From contig JAPLXK010000003.1 of the NCBI GenBank assembly GCA_026396095.1, positions 12,727-76,726 of the forward strand: DNA of 64,000 nucleotides, in the 5' to 3' direction. Both the position numbers and the translations under genes were made by a program. The notes beneath the pieces are model-generated. The model saw nothing but the letters and a program-made list of their open reading frames with translations. It was not told the origin of the DNA and did not search any database. The stretch is from Candidatus Nealsonbacteria bacterium (lineage in GTDB: Bacteria; Patescibacteriota; Minisyncoccia; Minisyncoccales; RBG-13-42-11). Below, piece after piece: positions 28,370-39,048 of this stretch. Position 1 is the stretch's first letter. Each line of letters starts with the position of its first letter.

Positions 28370-29634
28370 TACTTAATATTTTTTTTGATTCCCTTTATCT
28401 CTGTGTAAAATTCCGTATTATCTTCTATGTTTTCAGGAACAACTGTCTTAGGGCCAATCAAGCAACTTGATCCGATTAATTTTCCTGGCATCAGGGAGCA
28501 GTTAATGCCTATCTTGGTATTTTCTCCGACTATTACCCCCAAAGACTTAAGCCCGGTATTTATTTTTTCTTCCTTAACGATTGAATTAATATTACCCCTG
28601 TCGATCCTAACGTTAGCCGTAATCGTGCCGGCTCCGATTCTGCACCCTTTGCTGAAAATAGAATCGCCGAAATAGCCGGAATGAACGTGGACGTCTTTTT
28701 GAAAAATCGACCTCGTTACTTCGGCATTGGCTCCGATTATGCAATTGTCCTCTAAATTAACGTATTCCCTGACCAAACTATTGTTACCGATTACGCAGTT
28801 GTCGCCGATATAAACCGGACCCTTGACTGTCGCTCCTTCGAGAATCTTAGTATTTTTTCCTATATAAACCGACCCTTTAAGCGTCGCTTTCTTGGATATT
28901 TTTGCGGTTTTATCAATTTTTGAATTCAAAAATTTATCCATCAACTGTTTCTCCGCCCCAAACAGCTCCCAAGGAAATTTAAGCGTCGGGACCTCTTTTT
29001 TGGTTATAATTATTCTTACTTCGCTTTTTTCTATTAAAAGTTTGATTGTCTCCTCAAAATCATAAATATGCTTTTTTACTCTTTTGTAATAATCAAAAAA
29101 ATCTTTGGATAAAAAATAAATTCCCTTTAGTCCTACATCGGACAACTCTTTCCCTTTTTTGGGCTGCTCAACAAGTCCCACAACTTTGTCTCTATTTTTT
29201 TTATCTAATCCGACGATTCCATATTTCCAGGTATCAAAAACTTTTTTGCCCAGCAAAACTATTTTTGCTTTTGTCTTCTTTTGTTTCTCCATCATTAATT
29301 TCACAAAATCATCTATGTCAAAATGGTACGCATTTATTACAAAAAAATTGTCTTTGATCAGATTCTTAACCTGCCAGATCGCATCGCCCATTCCCTTGGG
29401 CTCTGGCTGAACAACATATTTTATATCCGAACCAAAATCATAATTTTTTAACTCTTTTTCAATTTCTTTTTTAGGGCTTTGAATGATTATGATTTCTTTT
29501 ATTCCTGATTTTTTCAGACCCTTGATCGTATACCAAATCAAAGGGTTGCCCATTATCTTGAAAAGGGATTTGTGTTTCTTGTTTAGCGGCCAGAAGCGAG
29601 AAGACTGGCCAGCTGCTAAAACTATTACCTGCAT
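28369..29634 (-). CDS. bifunctional sugar-1-phosphate nucleotidylyltransferase/acetyltransferase (archaeal GlmU-like)
   Basis: [11 protein letters not shown] plus C-terminal hexapeptide repeats; YFGDS...IGAGTITAN. Confidence 0.85.
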   Translation of the reverse strand: MQVIVLAAGQSSRFWPLNKKHKSLFKIMGNPLIWYTIKGLKKSGIKEIIIIQSPKKEIEKELKNYDFGSDIKYVVQPEPKGMGDAIWQVKNLIKDNFFVINAYHFDIDDFVKLMMEKQKKTKAKIVLLGKKVFDTWKYGIVGLDKKNRDKVVGLVEQPKKGKELSDVGLKGIYFLSKDFFDYYKRVKKHIYDFEETIKLLIEKSEVRIIITKKEVPTLKFPWELFGAEKQLMDKFLNSKIDKTAKISKKATLKGSVYIGKNTKILEGATVKGPVYIGDNCVIGNNSLVREYVNLEDNCIIGANAEVTRSIFQKDVHVHSGYFGDSIFSKGCRIGAGTITANVRIDRGNINSIVKEEKINTGLKSLGVIVGENTKIGINCSLMPGKLIGSSCLIGPKTVVPENIEDNTEFYTEIKGIKKNIK

Positions 29635-30638
29635 AATTTCAAAATAATTTTGGTTAGTTTGTTAGTATCATGAACTATTTTACCGGAAAAGGGTAAAAGA
29701 TCGGCTCCGATAAATTTTCCATACGAACTGCGATTTTCTCCTTTAAAATTAAAATCTACTAGCTCTATTAGTTCAGGATTTTCTTTTTTATATTTTTTCA
29801 AAGCTTCTTTAGAGGGCTTTTTATTGTTGTAAATCACGTAATCCAATTTTTGTCCTAAGAATTTTTCTATTTCTTCGCTGAAATCAGAAACGGAAAAACC
29901 ATGAGTTTCTCCATGTTTGGTCATCAGGTTGCAGATATAAACCTTTTTCGCCCTACTCTTTTTTACTGCCTCCGACATTCCCTTGGCCAATAAGATTTGG
30001 GCCAAAGAAGAATAAAGATCCCCCGGGCCGATTATTATGAGATCTGCTTGTTTTATTGCCCTCGCAGCTTTAGGGTATATTTTGGCTTCCGGTTTTAAAA
30101 AAACCTCTTTTATTCTTAATGTTTTATCGTGTTTGGGAATATCAATATTAGTCTCTCCGGAAATCAGTTCTCCGTTTTCTAAAACTGCGTAAAGGTCGGA
30201 ATTATCAAGAGTTGCGGGTAAAACTTCATGTTCTATATTCAAAAATCTGCTTATTTCTTTTATTGTTTTTTCATAATTATTGGTTGTAAGCTCCAGTGCC
30301 GCGATAAAAAGATTGGCAAAATTATGGCCCTTCAATTCTCCCGCTTCAAAACGGTAATTAAAAAGCTCCTCCATAGCCGGGGATGTATTGGCTAAAGCAA
30401 TAAGCGCCCTTCTGATGTCCCCCGGCGAAATAATGTTAAAATCCTTCCTTAATCTTCCCGCCGAGCCACCGGAATCAAGCATTGCGCAAATTGCCGATAT
30501 TTTTACCGGATATTTTTTTAATCCGGTCAAAACCGCCTTAGGCATTGCGTTTCCGCCCCCCAAACAAACTATTTTTTTCAGCCGGCCAGCGTTATTTTTA
30601 TTCTTTTTAGATATGGTTATTTTTTTCTTTTTTGACAT
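29625..30638 (-). CDS. yvcK: YvcK/GlmR (UPF0052) family protein
   Basis: [29 protein letters not shown]. Confidence 0.9.
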   Translation of the reverse strand: MSKKKKITISKKNKNNAGRLKKIVCLGGGNAMPKAVLTGLKKYPVKISAICAMLDSGGSAGRLRKDFNIISPGDIRRALIALANTSPAMEELFNYRFEAGELKGHNFANLFIAALELTTNNYEKTIKEISRFLNIEHEVLPATLDNSDLYAVLENGELISGETNIDIPKHDKTLRIKEVFLKPEAKIYPKAARAIKQADLIIIGPGDLYSSLAQILLAKGMSEAVKKSRAKKVYICNLMTKHGETHGFSVSDFSEEIEKFLGQKLDYVIYNNKKPSKEALKKYKKENPELIELVDFNFKGENRSSYGKFIGADLLPFSGKIVHDTNKLTKIILKLCR

Positions 30639-30673
30639 AAAGTATTTTTTATTGTAAGGTAAAAAATCAGTTT

Positions 30674-31933
30674 ATGCAAGATAAATTTTTAATCAAAGGA
30701 GGCGTTCCTCTGTCCGGAGAAGTAGAAATTTTCGGATATAAAAATTCGGCCGGTGTTTGCATCGCCGCAACCTTGCTTTCAGAAGAGCCTTCAATTATTG
30801 ATAATCTACCCTTAATATCTGATATTTTTGATGAAATTGAGATGCTAAAACAAATGGGGGCTAAGATCGAATGGCTGGGTGAAAGAAAAATTAAGATTAC
30901 TCCGACTAACATTGATCCAGAAAAAATTTCAATCCCTCTTTTTGAAAAAATGCGGCTTTCGATTTTTTTAGTCGGCCCGCTTTTGGCCCGTTTTAAAAAA
31001 ATAAGAATACCACACCCCGGCGGAGATAAGATTGGCTTGCGACCAATCCTAACCCACATCCAAGCCTTAAAATATTTCGGAGTTAAGGTTGAAGAAAAAG
31101 ACGGATTTTATTATTTTGAAACGCCTGATAATTTAGAGGGAAAAAGAGTTGTTCTTCAAGAATTTTCTGTAAGCGCCAGCGCAATATTAATAATGCTGGC
31201 CGCCTTAACAAAAGGTAAAACCAGGATCGAATTGGCGGCAGCTGAGCCCCAAATTCAAGATTTAGGATGCTTATTAAAAAGAATGGGGTTAAACATAGAG
31301 GGGATAGGAACTCATACGATTAAAATCGAGGGTAAAGAAAAATTAAACGGCGCTGAGTTTAAAATATCTCCCGACCTTTTGGAGGTCGGAACTTATTTGA
31401 TAGCTTTTGCAATGACGGGCGGAAGCGGGACGATAAAAAACGTAAACCCCAAACACTTGGCAGTATTTTTAGAAAAAATGAAGGAAATTGGCGTTAATTT
31501 TGAAGTTTTGGACAATGAAATTTTAGTCAAACAATCTTTAGTTTTTAAGCCTATAAAAATTCAAACCTTGCCCTACCCCGGGTTCCCGACCGACCTTCAG
31601 CCTCAAACCTCGGTTTTATTAACCCAAAGCCAAGGCAAAAGCATAGTTCACGAAACTTTGTATGAGAACCGGTTCCAATATCTCCAGGAATTAAGAAAAA
31701 TGTGCGCTGACATTGAAATTACCGACCCACATCGGGCTTTAATTTTTGGAAAAACCCAATTAATCGGTAATAAATTGAATTCTTTAGATATCCGTTCCGG
31801 CGCCGCTTTGATTATTGCAGGACTAGCTGCTAAAGGAACGAGTGAGGTTGATAATATCAGTCAGATTGAACGGGGTTATGAAAAAATTGAGGAAAAACTA
31901 AAAAAACTCGGCGCTCAAATAGAAAAAATTTAA
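30674..31933 (+). CDS. murA: UDP-N-acetylglucosamine 1-carboxyvinyltransferase (Cys-to-Asp variant)
   Basis: PGGDKIGLRP, PYPGFPTDLQ, DIRSGA, IERGYE. Confidence 0.93.
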   Translation: MQDKFLIKGGVPLSGEVEIFGYKNSAGVCIAATLLSEEPSIIDNLPLISDIFDEIEMLKQMGAKIEWLGERKIKITPTNIDPEKISIPLFEKMRLSIFLVGPLLARFKKIRIPHPGGDKIGLRPILTHIQALKYFGVKVEEKDGFYYFETPDNLEGKRVVLQEFSVSASAILIMLAALTKGKTRIELAAAEPQIQDLGCLLKRMGLNIEGIGTHTIKIEGKEKLNGAEFKISPDLLEVGTYLIAFAMTGGSGTIKNVNPKHLAVFLEKMKEIGVNFEVLDNEILVKQSLVFKPIKIQTLPYPGFPTDLQPQTSVLLTQSQGKSIVHETLYENRFQYLQELRKMCADIEITDPHRALIFGKTQLIGNKLNSLDIRSGAALIIAGLAAKGTSEVDNISQIERGYEKIEEKLKKLGAQIEKI

Positions 31934-31957
31934 TTGTTTTAAAAAATATTAATTACT

Positions 31958-31982
31958 AAAAACCGCCTGATCGGCGGTTTTT
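31958..31982. repeat. palindromic repeat / bidirectional terminator, copy 1
   Basis: AAAAACCGCC-TGATC-GGCGGTTTTT. Confidence 0.85.
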
Positions 31983-32001
31983 AAATTGAATTAATTTTAA
32001 G

Positions 32002-32427
32002 CTATTTAAGAGTTATGAAAATGGCTCCGATAATCATAAAAATGGCGCCGACAACTGACTTCCATCCGAGATGTTCTCCAAGGAAAACAGAGGCTAAGAT
32101 TATGACAAAAACTAAACTGAGCCTATCGATGGCGACTACTTTCGTTGCTAAGCCGGTTTTTAGGGCGAAAAAATAAAATAGCCAAGAAAGAGCCCCTGCA
32201 ATACCGGCCAGAATAATCAATATCCAGTCTTTTGAGCTAAATGATTTTAACGAAAAATCTTGGAATTTTTTTAAAGAAAAACTGACTAAGGTCAAAAAAA
32301 TAGCCATAATAATCGAACGGACGGTGGTGGCCAGGGTAGAATCAATTCCCTTTAGTCCCATTTTTCCGAAAATCGCCACTAAGGCCGCCGTAATTGCCGA
32401 TAAGAAAGCAAAGATTATCCAAGTCAT
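32002..32427 (-). CDS. single-domain EamA family transporter
   Basis: 141 aa, 5 TM, LSWLFYFFALK..IDRLS. Confidence 0.88.
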   Translation of the reverse strand: MTWIIFAFLSAITAALVAIFGKMGLKGIDSTLATTVRSIIMAIFLTLVSFSLKKFQDFSLKSFSSKDWILIILAGIAGALSWLFYFFALKTGLATKVVAIDRLSLVFVIILASVFLGEHLGWKSVVGAIFMIIGAIFITLK

Positions 32428-32472
32428 AATTATTTTTTTATTCTACCTCTTAGCTTCGTCCAAGACAAACAA

Positions 32473-32497
32473 AAAAACCGCCTGATTGGCGGTTTTT
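32473..32497. repeat. palindromic repeat / terminator, copy 2
   Basis: AAAAACCGCC-TGATT-GGCGGTTTTT. Confidence 0.85.
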
Positions 32498-33079
32498 TTA
32501 TTCCTTTGCCAGTTCAAAGGTTTTAATGTTTAATTCAAGATGCTTCGGGGGAATTACTTTTTTAAGGGCTTTTAAAACAGACAATGCCTCTAAAGGGATT
32601 ATTTTTTTAAAAACAGCCCAGCTTAGCAGGTAAGTTCCGGCGACCACTTCAGTCCCGAGCTTCTCTCTGCATATTTCTTTAGCGGGAATCATAAATACAT
32701 TTTTGCTAATTTTTTTCAAACTATTTGAAATTTCATTCTTGGTCAAGGGTTTTTTTAAAGGAATCGGGATAATATTTTCATTGATCAGAAAAGTAGTTTT
32801 GGGATTGGCAAAATAAACTCCTTTCAGCGCCTCCTGGGCTTCAAGCCCCATTATCAAATCAGCTTTTCCCTGAGGTATTAAGGGAGAATAAACTTTTTTT
32901 CCGAAACGGATATAAACCTCGACCGAACCGCCCCTCTGAGACAGCCCGTGAAGCTCGGAAGTTTTGATGTCATAGCCCTCTATCATGGCCGCTTCGCTGA
33001 TTATTTGTAAAATAGTAATAAGTCCCTGTCCGCCCGTGCCGGTAACCATCATATTGAATTGTTTTACGTTTTTTGGCAT
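32498..33079 (-). CDS. iorB: indolepyruvate:ferredoxin oxidoreductase beta subunit
   Basis: GTGGQG, HGLSQRGGSV; start trimmed to ATG 33079. Confidence 0.9.
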   Translation of the reverse strand: MPKNVKQFNMMVTGTGGQGLITILQIISEAAMIEGYDIKTSELHGLSQRGGSVEVYIRFGKKVYSPLIPQGKADLIMGLEAQEALKGVYFANPKTTFLINENIIPIPLKKPLTKNEISNSLKKISKNVFMIPAKEICREKLGTEVVAGTYLLSWAVFKKIIPLEALSVLKALKKVIPPKHLELNIKTFELAKE

Positions 33080-33083
33080 ATTT

Positions 33084-34730
33084 TTATTTTTTCGCAACAA
33101 ATTTACAGGGATGATTGGCGATAATTACCGAAACATCATCTTTGGATAGAAAATCTTTTATGGTTTCTATCATTTCTTCCTGATTGGTCGTAGGATCTAT
33201 GGTTTTTGCGTTTTTAACTCCGCAAGCCCTGACTATATTCTCTATCTTTATTCCCGTGTCCGATCCGACAGAAACAGGATGGGGCTGATGACCGGTCATG
33301 GCGGTGGTTTCATTGTTCAAAATAATGATCAAAGGATTTGATTTATTGAAAACAGTATTTATTAAGGCGGGAATGCCGGAATGAAAAAACGAAGAGTCTC
33401 CGATAAAAGCAATCAACTTCTGGCCTGTCGCTTTTTTGATTCCATGCCCTATCCCCATGGAAGATCCCATGCAGAACAAATAATCCTGCATATTAACCGG
33501 AGGATTGCCGAAAAGCATATAGCATCCTATTTCTCCGCCAAAAATAACTTCTTCCGGATTAACCGCTTTCTTTACGGCTGAAATAACCGACCAATAAGGG
33601 CAGCCGGGACAAAGCTGAGGCAAACGCTTGGGAATGGATATTTGAAGGGTATTTTTGGGCTGGCTATATTTTTCTCCGGACAATTTGGCAACAGCGGAAA
33701 AAACAAATTCCGGTCTCATTTCACCGATTTCAGTAATCATTTTCTTTCCTATCACCTCTAATTTACAATTTGATTCTTTGGCCAATCTCTCGACTTCTTG
33801 CTCTAAAAACGGTTCCAGCTCCTCTACTATCAAAACCTTTTTTAATCCTTTAATAAATTTTTTGATTTTTAATTCTGGTAAGGGATAGAAAAATCCCAGC
33901 TTTAAAACAGGAAAAGAAACATTGAATTCAGCCAGGGCCTCTTTGGTGTAAAGATATGATATCCCCGAAGTGATAATTCCTATTTTATACGGACCGGATG
34001 ATTTTTCAATTTTATTCAAAGAAGATTTTTCGGAAAAACTTTTAATCTTTACTATTTTTTCCAAAAGCTCTTTTTTCATTTCTAAAACCCTGGGCGGAAG
34101 AGTGATGAATTGCCTGGGATTTTTAACAAATCTGCCAACGATTTTTTCATTGCTTCTCTCCATCTTATCAAGAACAACCGGCATTTTTTGGTGGGCAACT
34201 CTGGTGGTGGTTCTTATGATAATAGGAATTTTAAATTGTTCTGAAATTTTAAATCCCAGTTTTACGAAATCCTTGCATTCCTGGGGGTCGGACGGTTCTA
34301 AAATGGGAATATGGGCCAAAAAAGCAATGGGACGGGTATTCTCTTCAGACTGGGCTGAACTATGGCAAGACGGATCGTCGGCAACAATAATTACAGTTGG
34401 TCCTTTGGTTCCGGCGTAAACAAAAGGCAGCAGTGAATCAATACAAACATTCAACCCGAAATTTTTCATTGCTATTAAAGTTTTAAGTCCAGAAAAAGAA
34501 GCGCCCATTCCCGCCTCCATGGCCACCTTCTCATTGGTGGAAAATTCAAAATAAAGACCCTTACCATTTCTCTCTCTGGTAAGGTCGAAAAAAATATTCC
34601 CTATTTCTGAGGCCGGCGTGCCGGGATAAGTGGAAACAAACTGAACGCCTGATTCCAGGGCGCCCCGACAGATCGCTTCGTTTCCCAATAATATTTTTCT
34701 CCCGGGATTTTTATCCAATAATTCCTGCAT
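33084..34730 (-). CDS. iorA: indolepyruvate:ferredoxin oxidoreductase alpha subunit
   Basis: LLGNEA, YPGTP, NEKVA, LCPGCP, GDSSFFHSG, TTAMTGHQ; start trimmed to ATG 34730. Confidence 0.9.
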   Translation of the reverse strand: MQELLDKNPGRKILLGNEAICRGALESGVQFVSTYPGTPASEIGNIFFDLTRERNGKGLYFEFSTNEKVAMEAGMGASFSGLKTLIAMKNFGLNVCIDSLLPFVYAGTKGPTVIIVADDPSCHSSAQSEENTRPIAFLAHIPILEPSDPQECKDFVKLGFKISEQFKIPIIIRTTTRVAHQKMPVVLDKMERSNEKIVGRFVKNPRQFITLPPRVLEMKKELLEKIVKIKSFSEKSSLNKIEKSSGPYKIGIITSGISYLYTKEALAEFNVSFPVLKLGFFYPLPELKIKKFIKGLKKVLIVEELEPFLEQEVERLAKESNCKLEVIGKKMITEIGEMRPEFVFSAVAKLSGEKYSQPKNTLQISIPKRLPQLCPGCPYWSVISAVKKAVNPEEVIFGGEIGCYMLFGNPPVNMQDYLFCMGSSMGIGHGIKKATGQKLIAFIGDSSFFHSGIPALINTVFNKSNPLIIILNNETTAMTGHQPHPVSVGSDTGIKIENIVRACGVKNAKTIDPTTNQEEMIETIKDFLSKDDVSVIIANHPCKFVAKK

Positions 34731-34737
34731 AAGTATA

Positions 34738-36561
34738 TTATTCCACAGTGACAGATTTTGCCAAGTTCCTGGGCTTATCAACATCGCACCCCCTGGCCAC
34801 TCCCATGTGATAAGCAAAAAGCTGCAGCGGTATAACGCTCAGAATTGGAGTAAGCATTTCCAGTGTTTTGGGAATATAAATCACATCGTCAACTATTTTT
34901 TTTATCTCTTCATCTCCTTCGGTTGCTATGGCTATAACCTTTCCTCTCCGTGCTTTTATCTCTTCAATATTGGAAATCATTTTTTGATAAACGCTGTCTG
35001 AAGGAACAATTGCAAAAGTAGGAAATTTTTCATCAATTAGCGCGATGGGTCCGTGTTTCATTTCTCCGGCTCCGTAGCCTTCGGCATGAATATATGATAT
35101 TTCCTTTAATTTCAAAGCTCCTTCCAGGGCAATGGGAAAATTGTACTTGCGGCCGATGTATAAAAAGTTATTGTAATCCTTGTATTTTTTGGCAATCTCT
35201 TCTATTTTTTTATTGTTTTCTAAAACTTTCTTAACCATGCCCGGAAGAAGTGACAACTCCTTGGCGATTCTTTGCCCCATTACCAAGGAAAGCTGCCTTT
35301 GGCGGCCCAAAAATAAGGTTAAAAGGGCTAAAACCGTAAGCTGGGAAGTAAGGGCTTTGGTTGAGGCTACTCCGATCTCGGGGCCGGCATGATTATAAAC
35401 TCCGGCATCGGTCTCTCTGGCTACGGTTGAGCCGACGACATTAACAATCCCGAGCGTCATCAAATCTTTTTCCTTGGCTTCTCTTATGGCCCCCAGCGTA
35501 TCGGCGGTTTCGCCGGACTGGGAGATAGTCAATACTGCTGTTGTTTTATTTAAAACCGGTTTTCTATAGCGGAACTCTGAGCCAAAATCAACCTCTGTGG
35601 GAATGTTGGCATATTCCTCCAACATATATTCACCAGCAAGTCCCGCATAATAAGCAGTACCGCAGGCAACAATATTTATTCTTTCGATTTGAGAAAGCTT
35701 ATCTCTTACCGAATTTAATCCTCCAAGCTTTGCCCTTCCTTCTTCAAAAATCAGTCTTCCCCTTAAAGAGTTCTCTATGCTTTCCGGCTGTTCCATTATT
35801 TCTTTAAGCATAAAATGGGGATATCCTGATTTCTGCGCATCTTCAATCTCCCACTCTATTTCTTCCGGCTCTTTCTCTCTGCCCATTAAAAAATTTTCCG
35901 GCGTAATGGTAACAACCTCTCCGTCGTCAAGATAAATCACTTTTTTAGTATGTGCGATAACTGCCGAAGGGTCAGATGCCACTATATATTCATTTTCTCC
36001 CAAGCCGACAAGCAGAGGGCTTGAAGAACGAGCCGCAACGATTTTATTCGGATCCTCTTTGGAAATTACGACCAACCCGTAAGTTCCTTTAATGTAAGCC
36101 AGAGCCTTTTTTACCGCTTCTTCAAGGTTTCCCTGGAAAAACTTTTCTATAAGATGAGCTATCACTTCTGTGTCTGTTTCTGTGACGAACTTATGGCCTT
36201 CTTTTTCCAGCTGCGCTTTTAATGGTTTATAATTTTCGATAATTCCGTTATGTGCCAGCCAGATGTTTTTTTTGCAATCGCAATGAGGGTGGGCGTTTTT
36301 TTCCGTCACCTCTCCGGTTGTTGCCCAGCGGGTATGAAGGATGATGGGGTTGGCGGAGATGTAGTTATCGGTTATCTTCTTTTCCAGTTCAGCTATTCTC
36401 CCGACGGCTTTTTGAGAAACAATTTCTTTTTTATTCCTGTCCCAAGCGGCAAAACCGCTGGAGTCATATCCGCGGTATTCCAGTCTTTTCAACGCTTCAA
36501 TCCCCGTCCTGAGGGAATTGGGGTTGTCTTTTTTAGAAATATATCCGACTATTCCGCACAT
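34738..36561 (-). CDS. glmS: glutamine--fructose-6-phosphate aminotransferase
   Basis: MCGIVG start, HTRWAT, SQSGETADT, PRNLAKSVTVE. Confidence 0.97.
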   Translation of the reverse strand: MCGIVGYISKKDNPNSLRTGIEALKRLEYRGYDSSGFAAWDRNKKEIVSQKAVGRIAELEKKITDNYISANPIILHTRWATTGEVTEKNAHPHCDCKKNIWLAHNGIIENYKPLKAQLEKEGHKFVTETDTEVIAHLIEKFFQGNLEEAVKKALAYIKGTYGLVVISKEDPNKIVAARSSSPLLVGLGENEYIVASDPSAVIAHTKKVIYLDDGEVVTITPENFLMGREKEPEEIEWEIEDAQKSGYPHFMLKEIMEQPESIENSLRGRLIFEEGRAKLGGLNSVRDKLSQIERINIVACGTAYYAGLAGEYMLEEYANIPTEVDFGSEFRYRKPVLNKTTAVLTISQSGETADTLGAIREAKEKDLMTLGIVNVVGSTVARETDAGVYNHAGPEIGVASTKALTSQLTVLALLTLFLGRQRQLSLVMGQRIAKELSLLPGMVKKVLENNKKIEEIAKKYKDYNNFLYIGRKYNFPIALEGALKLKEISYIHAEGYGAGEMKHGPIALIDEKFPTFAIVPSDSVYQKMISNIEEIKARRGKVIAIATEGDEEIKKIVDDVIYIPKTLEMLTPILSVIPLQLFAYHMGVARGCDVDKPRNLAKSVTVE

Positions 36562-36565
36562 AATA

Positions 36566-38962
36566 TTAGACAACAATATTTATCAATTTTCTTGGAATAA
36601 AAATAACTTTTTTAATCTCTTTATCTCTTAACCAAGTTTTAATCTTTTCCCTTGAAATTGCAAGCTCTTTGGCCTCTTGCTCTGAAATGTCGGCATCAGC
36701 CTCAATCCTATCCCTTACCTTTCCATTAATCTGGATGACTAAAAATATAGTTTCGTCTTTGGTCAAAGAAGGGTCGTATTTGGGCCATTTTTCTAGGGTT
36801 ATGCTTTTTTTATGACCCATTTTTTTCCAAAGTTCTTCGCTTATGTGGGGTGCGAAGGGTGAAAAAAGAATCAGCATTTTTTGAACAGAATCTCTTCCCA
36901 ATTCTTTCTTATTAACTATTGCCAGATTAATAAATTCCATAAAAGCGGCGATGATGGTGTTAAACTTCATCTCTTCTAAATCGCTATCTATCTTTTCATT
37001 AAGTTTATGGAGGGCTTTCGTTATCCGAGATCCTGTTTTTTCGTTTTCCAGGCTTTCTAAAGCCAATTTCCAAACTCTTTCCAAAAAGCGGTAAACCCCT
37101 TTTACTCCCTTGTCGCTCCAGGAAATGGACTGATCAAACGGACCCATAAACATTTCATATAGACGAAGGGTGTCTGCGCCGTATTCTTTTACAATATCAT
37201 CCGGATTAATTACGTTTCCAAAAGACTTTGACATTTTTCTTCCGTCCTCGGCCAAAACAATTCCATGGGAGGTTCTTTTTTGATAAGGCTCCAGCTGAGG
37301 AGCAACGCCTATGTCAAAAAGGAATTTATAAATAAATCGGGAGTACAAAAGATGAAGGGTGGTGTGTTCGTATCCTCCATTGTACCAGTCAACCTGCATC
37401 CAGTATTTTATTTTTTTAGAATCAGCTAATTCTTTATTGTTCTTTGGGTCAATATAGCGGATAAAATACCAGTTCGAGCCTGCCCAATTAGGCATGGTAT
37501 CTGTTTCCCTCTGAGCCATGCCGCCACATTTTGGACATTTAACATTAACCCAATCTTTTACGTTCTTTAAGGGGGATTCTCCCGTTCCGGTCGGCTGATA
37601 TTTTTCAATATAAGGAAGTTCAACCGGCAGATCTTTTTCTGGAACCGGCACGACTCCGCATTTTGGACAATGGATGATTGGTATCGGCTCTCCCCAATAA
37701 TGCTGACGGGAAAAAATCCAGTCCCGCAATTTATATTTTATTGTTTTCCTACCCAATCCTTTTTTCTCCAGCCATTGGGCAATTTCCTCTATTGCTTTTT
37801 CAGAACCTAATCCGTTAAACTCTCCTGAATTAATTAATGTTCCATAATCTGTAAAAGCGTCTTTATCAATGCTTCCCCCAGAAATTACTTGCTTTATTTC
37901 CAGTTCGTATTTTTTAGCAAATTCGTAGTCACGGTAATCATGAGCAGGCACTACCATGACCGCTCCTCCTCCATAAGCAGCTATGACGTAATCTCCTATC
38001 CAAACAGGTACCTTTTCATTATTGACAGGATTTAAACAGTGGGAGCCCGTAAAAACTCCTGTTTTTACTTTTTCCAGTTTTTCTCTTTCAAAATCGCTTT
38101 TCTTTTTTGATTCCTCAATGTATTTTTCCGCTTTTTCTTTATTCTCCTCGGTAATCAATTTTTTAACTAAAGGGTGATCGGGAGCTATCACAATCGCTTT
38201 TACTCCAAAAATAGTATCTGCCCGGGTGGTAAAAACTTTAATTATTTCATCTGAATCATTGATCTTAAAATCGATTTCCGTTCCAAGGCTTTTTCCTATC
38301 CAATTTATTTGAAGGGCTTTAATTTTGTCAGAGTAATCAACTCCGGCCAAATCTTCTATTAAACGGTCTGCGTATTCTGTAATCTTTAGCATCCACTGCT
38401 TTATTTCTTTTTTAGTGGTCTGTGTCCCGCACCTTTCGCACTTATTATCAATTACCTCCTCGTTGGCAAGCCCGATTTTGCATGAAGGGCACCAATTGAT
38501 AGGAAGCAACGATTGGTATGCCAATCCTTTTTCAAAAAGCTTAAGAAAAATCCACTGGGTCCATTTATAATATTTGGGGTCTGTAGTGTTGATTTCCCTT
38601 GACCAATCGAAAGAAAGACCTAAATTTTTAATTTGCCTTTTATAGTTAGCTATGTTTTTTTCCGTTGCCACTTTTGGGTGTATTCCTGTTTTTATGGCAT
38701 AATTCTCCGTCGGCAAACCGAATGCGTCCCAGCCGATCGGAAACAGAACATTAAACCCTTCCAGCCGATATTTTCGAGAAATTGCATCCATTGAATTATA
38801 TCCACGGACATGGCCGACGTGGAGACCGGCTCCGGAAGGATAAGGAAACTCAATTAGAATATATTTTTTGGGCTTTTTGGAAAAATCCTCAGCTTGATAG
38901 AGTTTGTTCTCCTCCCAATATTCCTGCCACTTTTTTTCTATTTCTTGAGGATTATAGTTCAT
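36566..38962 (-). CDS. leuS: leucine--tRNA ligase
   Basis: FPYPSG.GLHVGH, KMSKS. Confidence 0.96.
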   Translation of the reverse strand: MNYNPQEIEKKWQEYWEENKLYQAEDFSKKPKKYILIEFPYPSGAGLHVGHVRGYNSMDAISRKYRLEGFNVLFPIGWDAFGLPTENYAIKTGIHPKVATEKNIANYKRQIKNLGLSFDWSREINTTDPKYYKWTQWIFLKLFEKGLAYQSLLPINWCPSCKIGLANEEVIDNKCERCGTQTTKKEIKQWMLKITEYADRLIEDLAGVDYSDKIKALQINWIGKSLGTEIDFKINDSDEIIKVFTTRADTIFGVKAIVIAPDHPLVKKLITEENKEKAEKYIEESKKKSDFEREKLEKVKTGVFTGSHCLNPVNNEKVPVWIGDYVIAAYGGGAVMVVPAHDYRDYEFAKKYELEIKQVISGGSIDKDAFTDYGTLINSGEFNGLGSEKAIEEIAQWLEKKGLGRKTIKYKLRDWIFSRQHYWGEPIPIIHCPKCGVVPVPEKDLPVELPYIEKYQPTGTGESPLKNVKDWVNVKCPKCGGMAQRETDTMPNWAGSNWYFIRYIDPKNNKELADSKKIKYWMQVDWYNGGYEHTTLHLLYSRFIYKFLFDIGVAPQLEPYQKRTSHGIVLAEDGRKMSKSFGNVINPDDIVKEYGADTLRLYEMFMGPFDQSISWSDKGVKGVYRFLERVWKLALESLENEKTGSRITKALHKLNEKIDSDLEEMKFNTIIAAFMEFINLAIVNKKELGRDSVQKMLILFSPFAPHISEELWKKMGHKKSITLEKWPKYDPSLTKDETIFLVIQINGKVRDRIEADADISEQEAKELAISREKIKTWLRDKEIKKVIFIPRKLINIVV

Positions 38963-39048
38963 GTTTGATTTTTTATTCTATCTTTTTTGGTCTCTTCTGT
39001 CTATTAAAAAACAGCCGAAAAATAACGGCTGTTATGTGGGTTTTCTCT

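Noticed and set aside
36562-36600. glmS ribozyme
   Set aside because: leuS ends 4 nt before the glmS start, leaving no leader.
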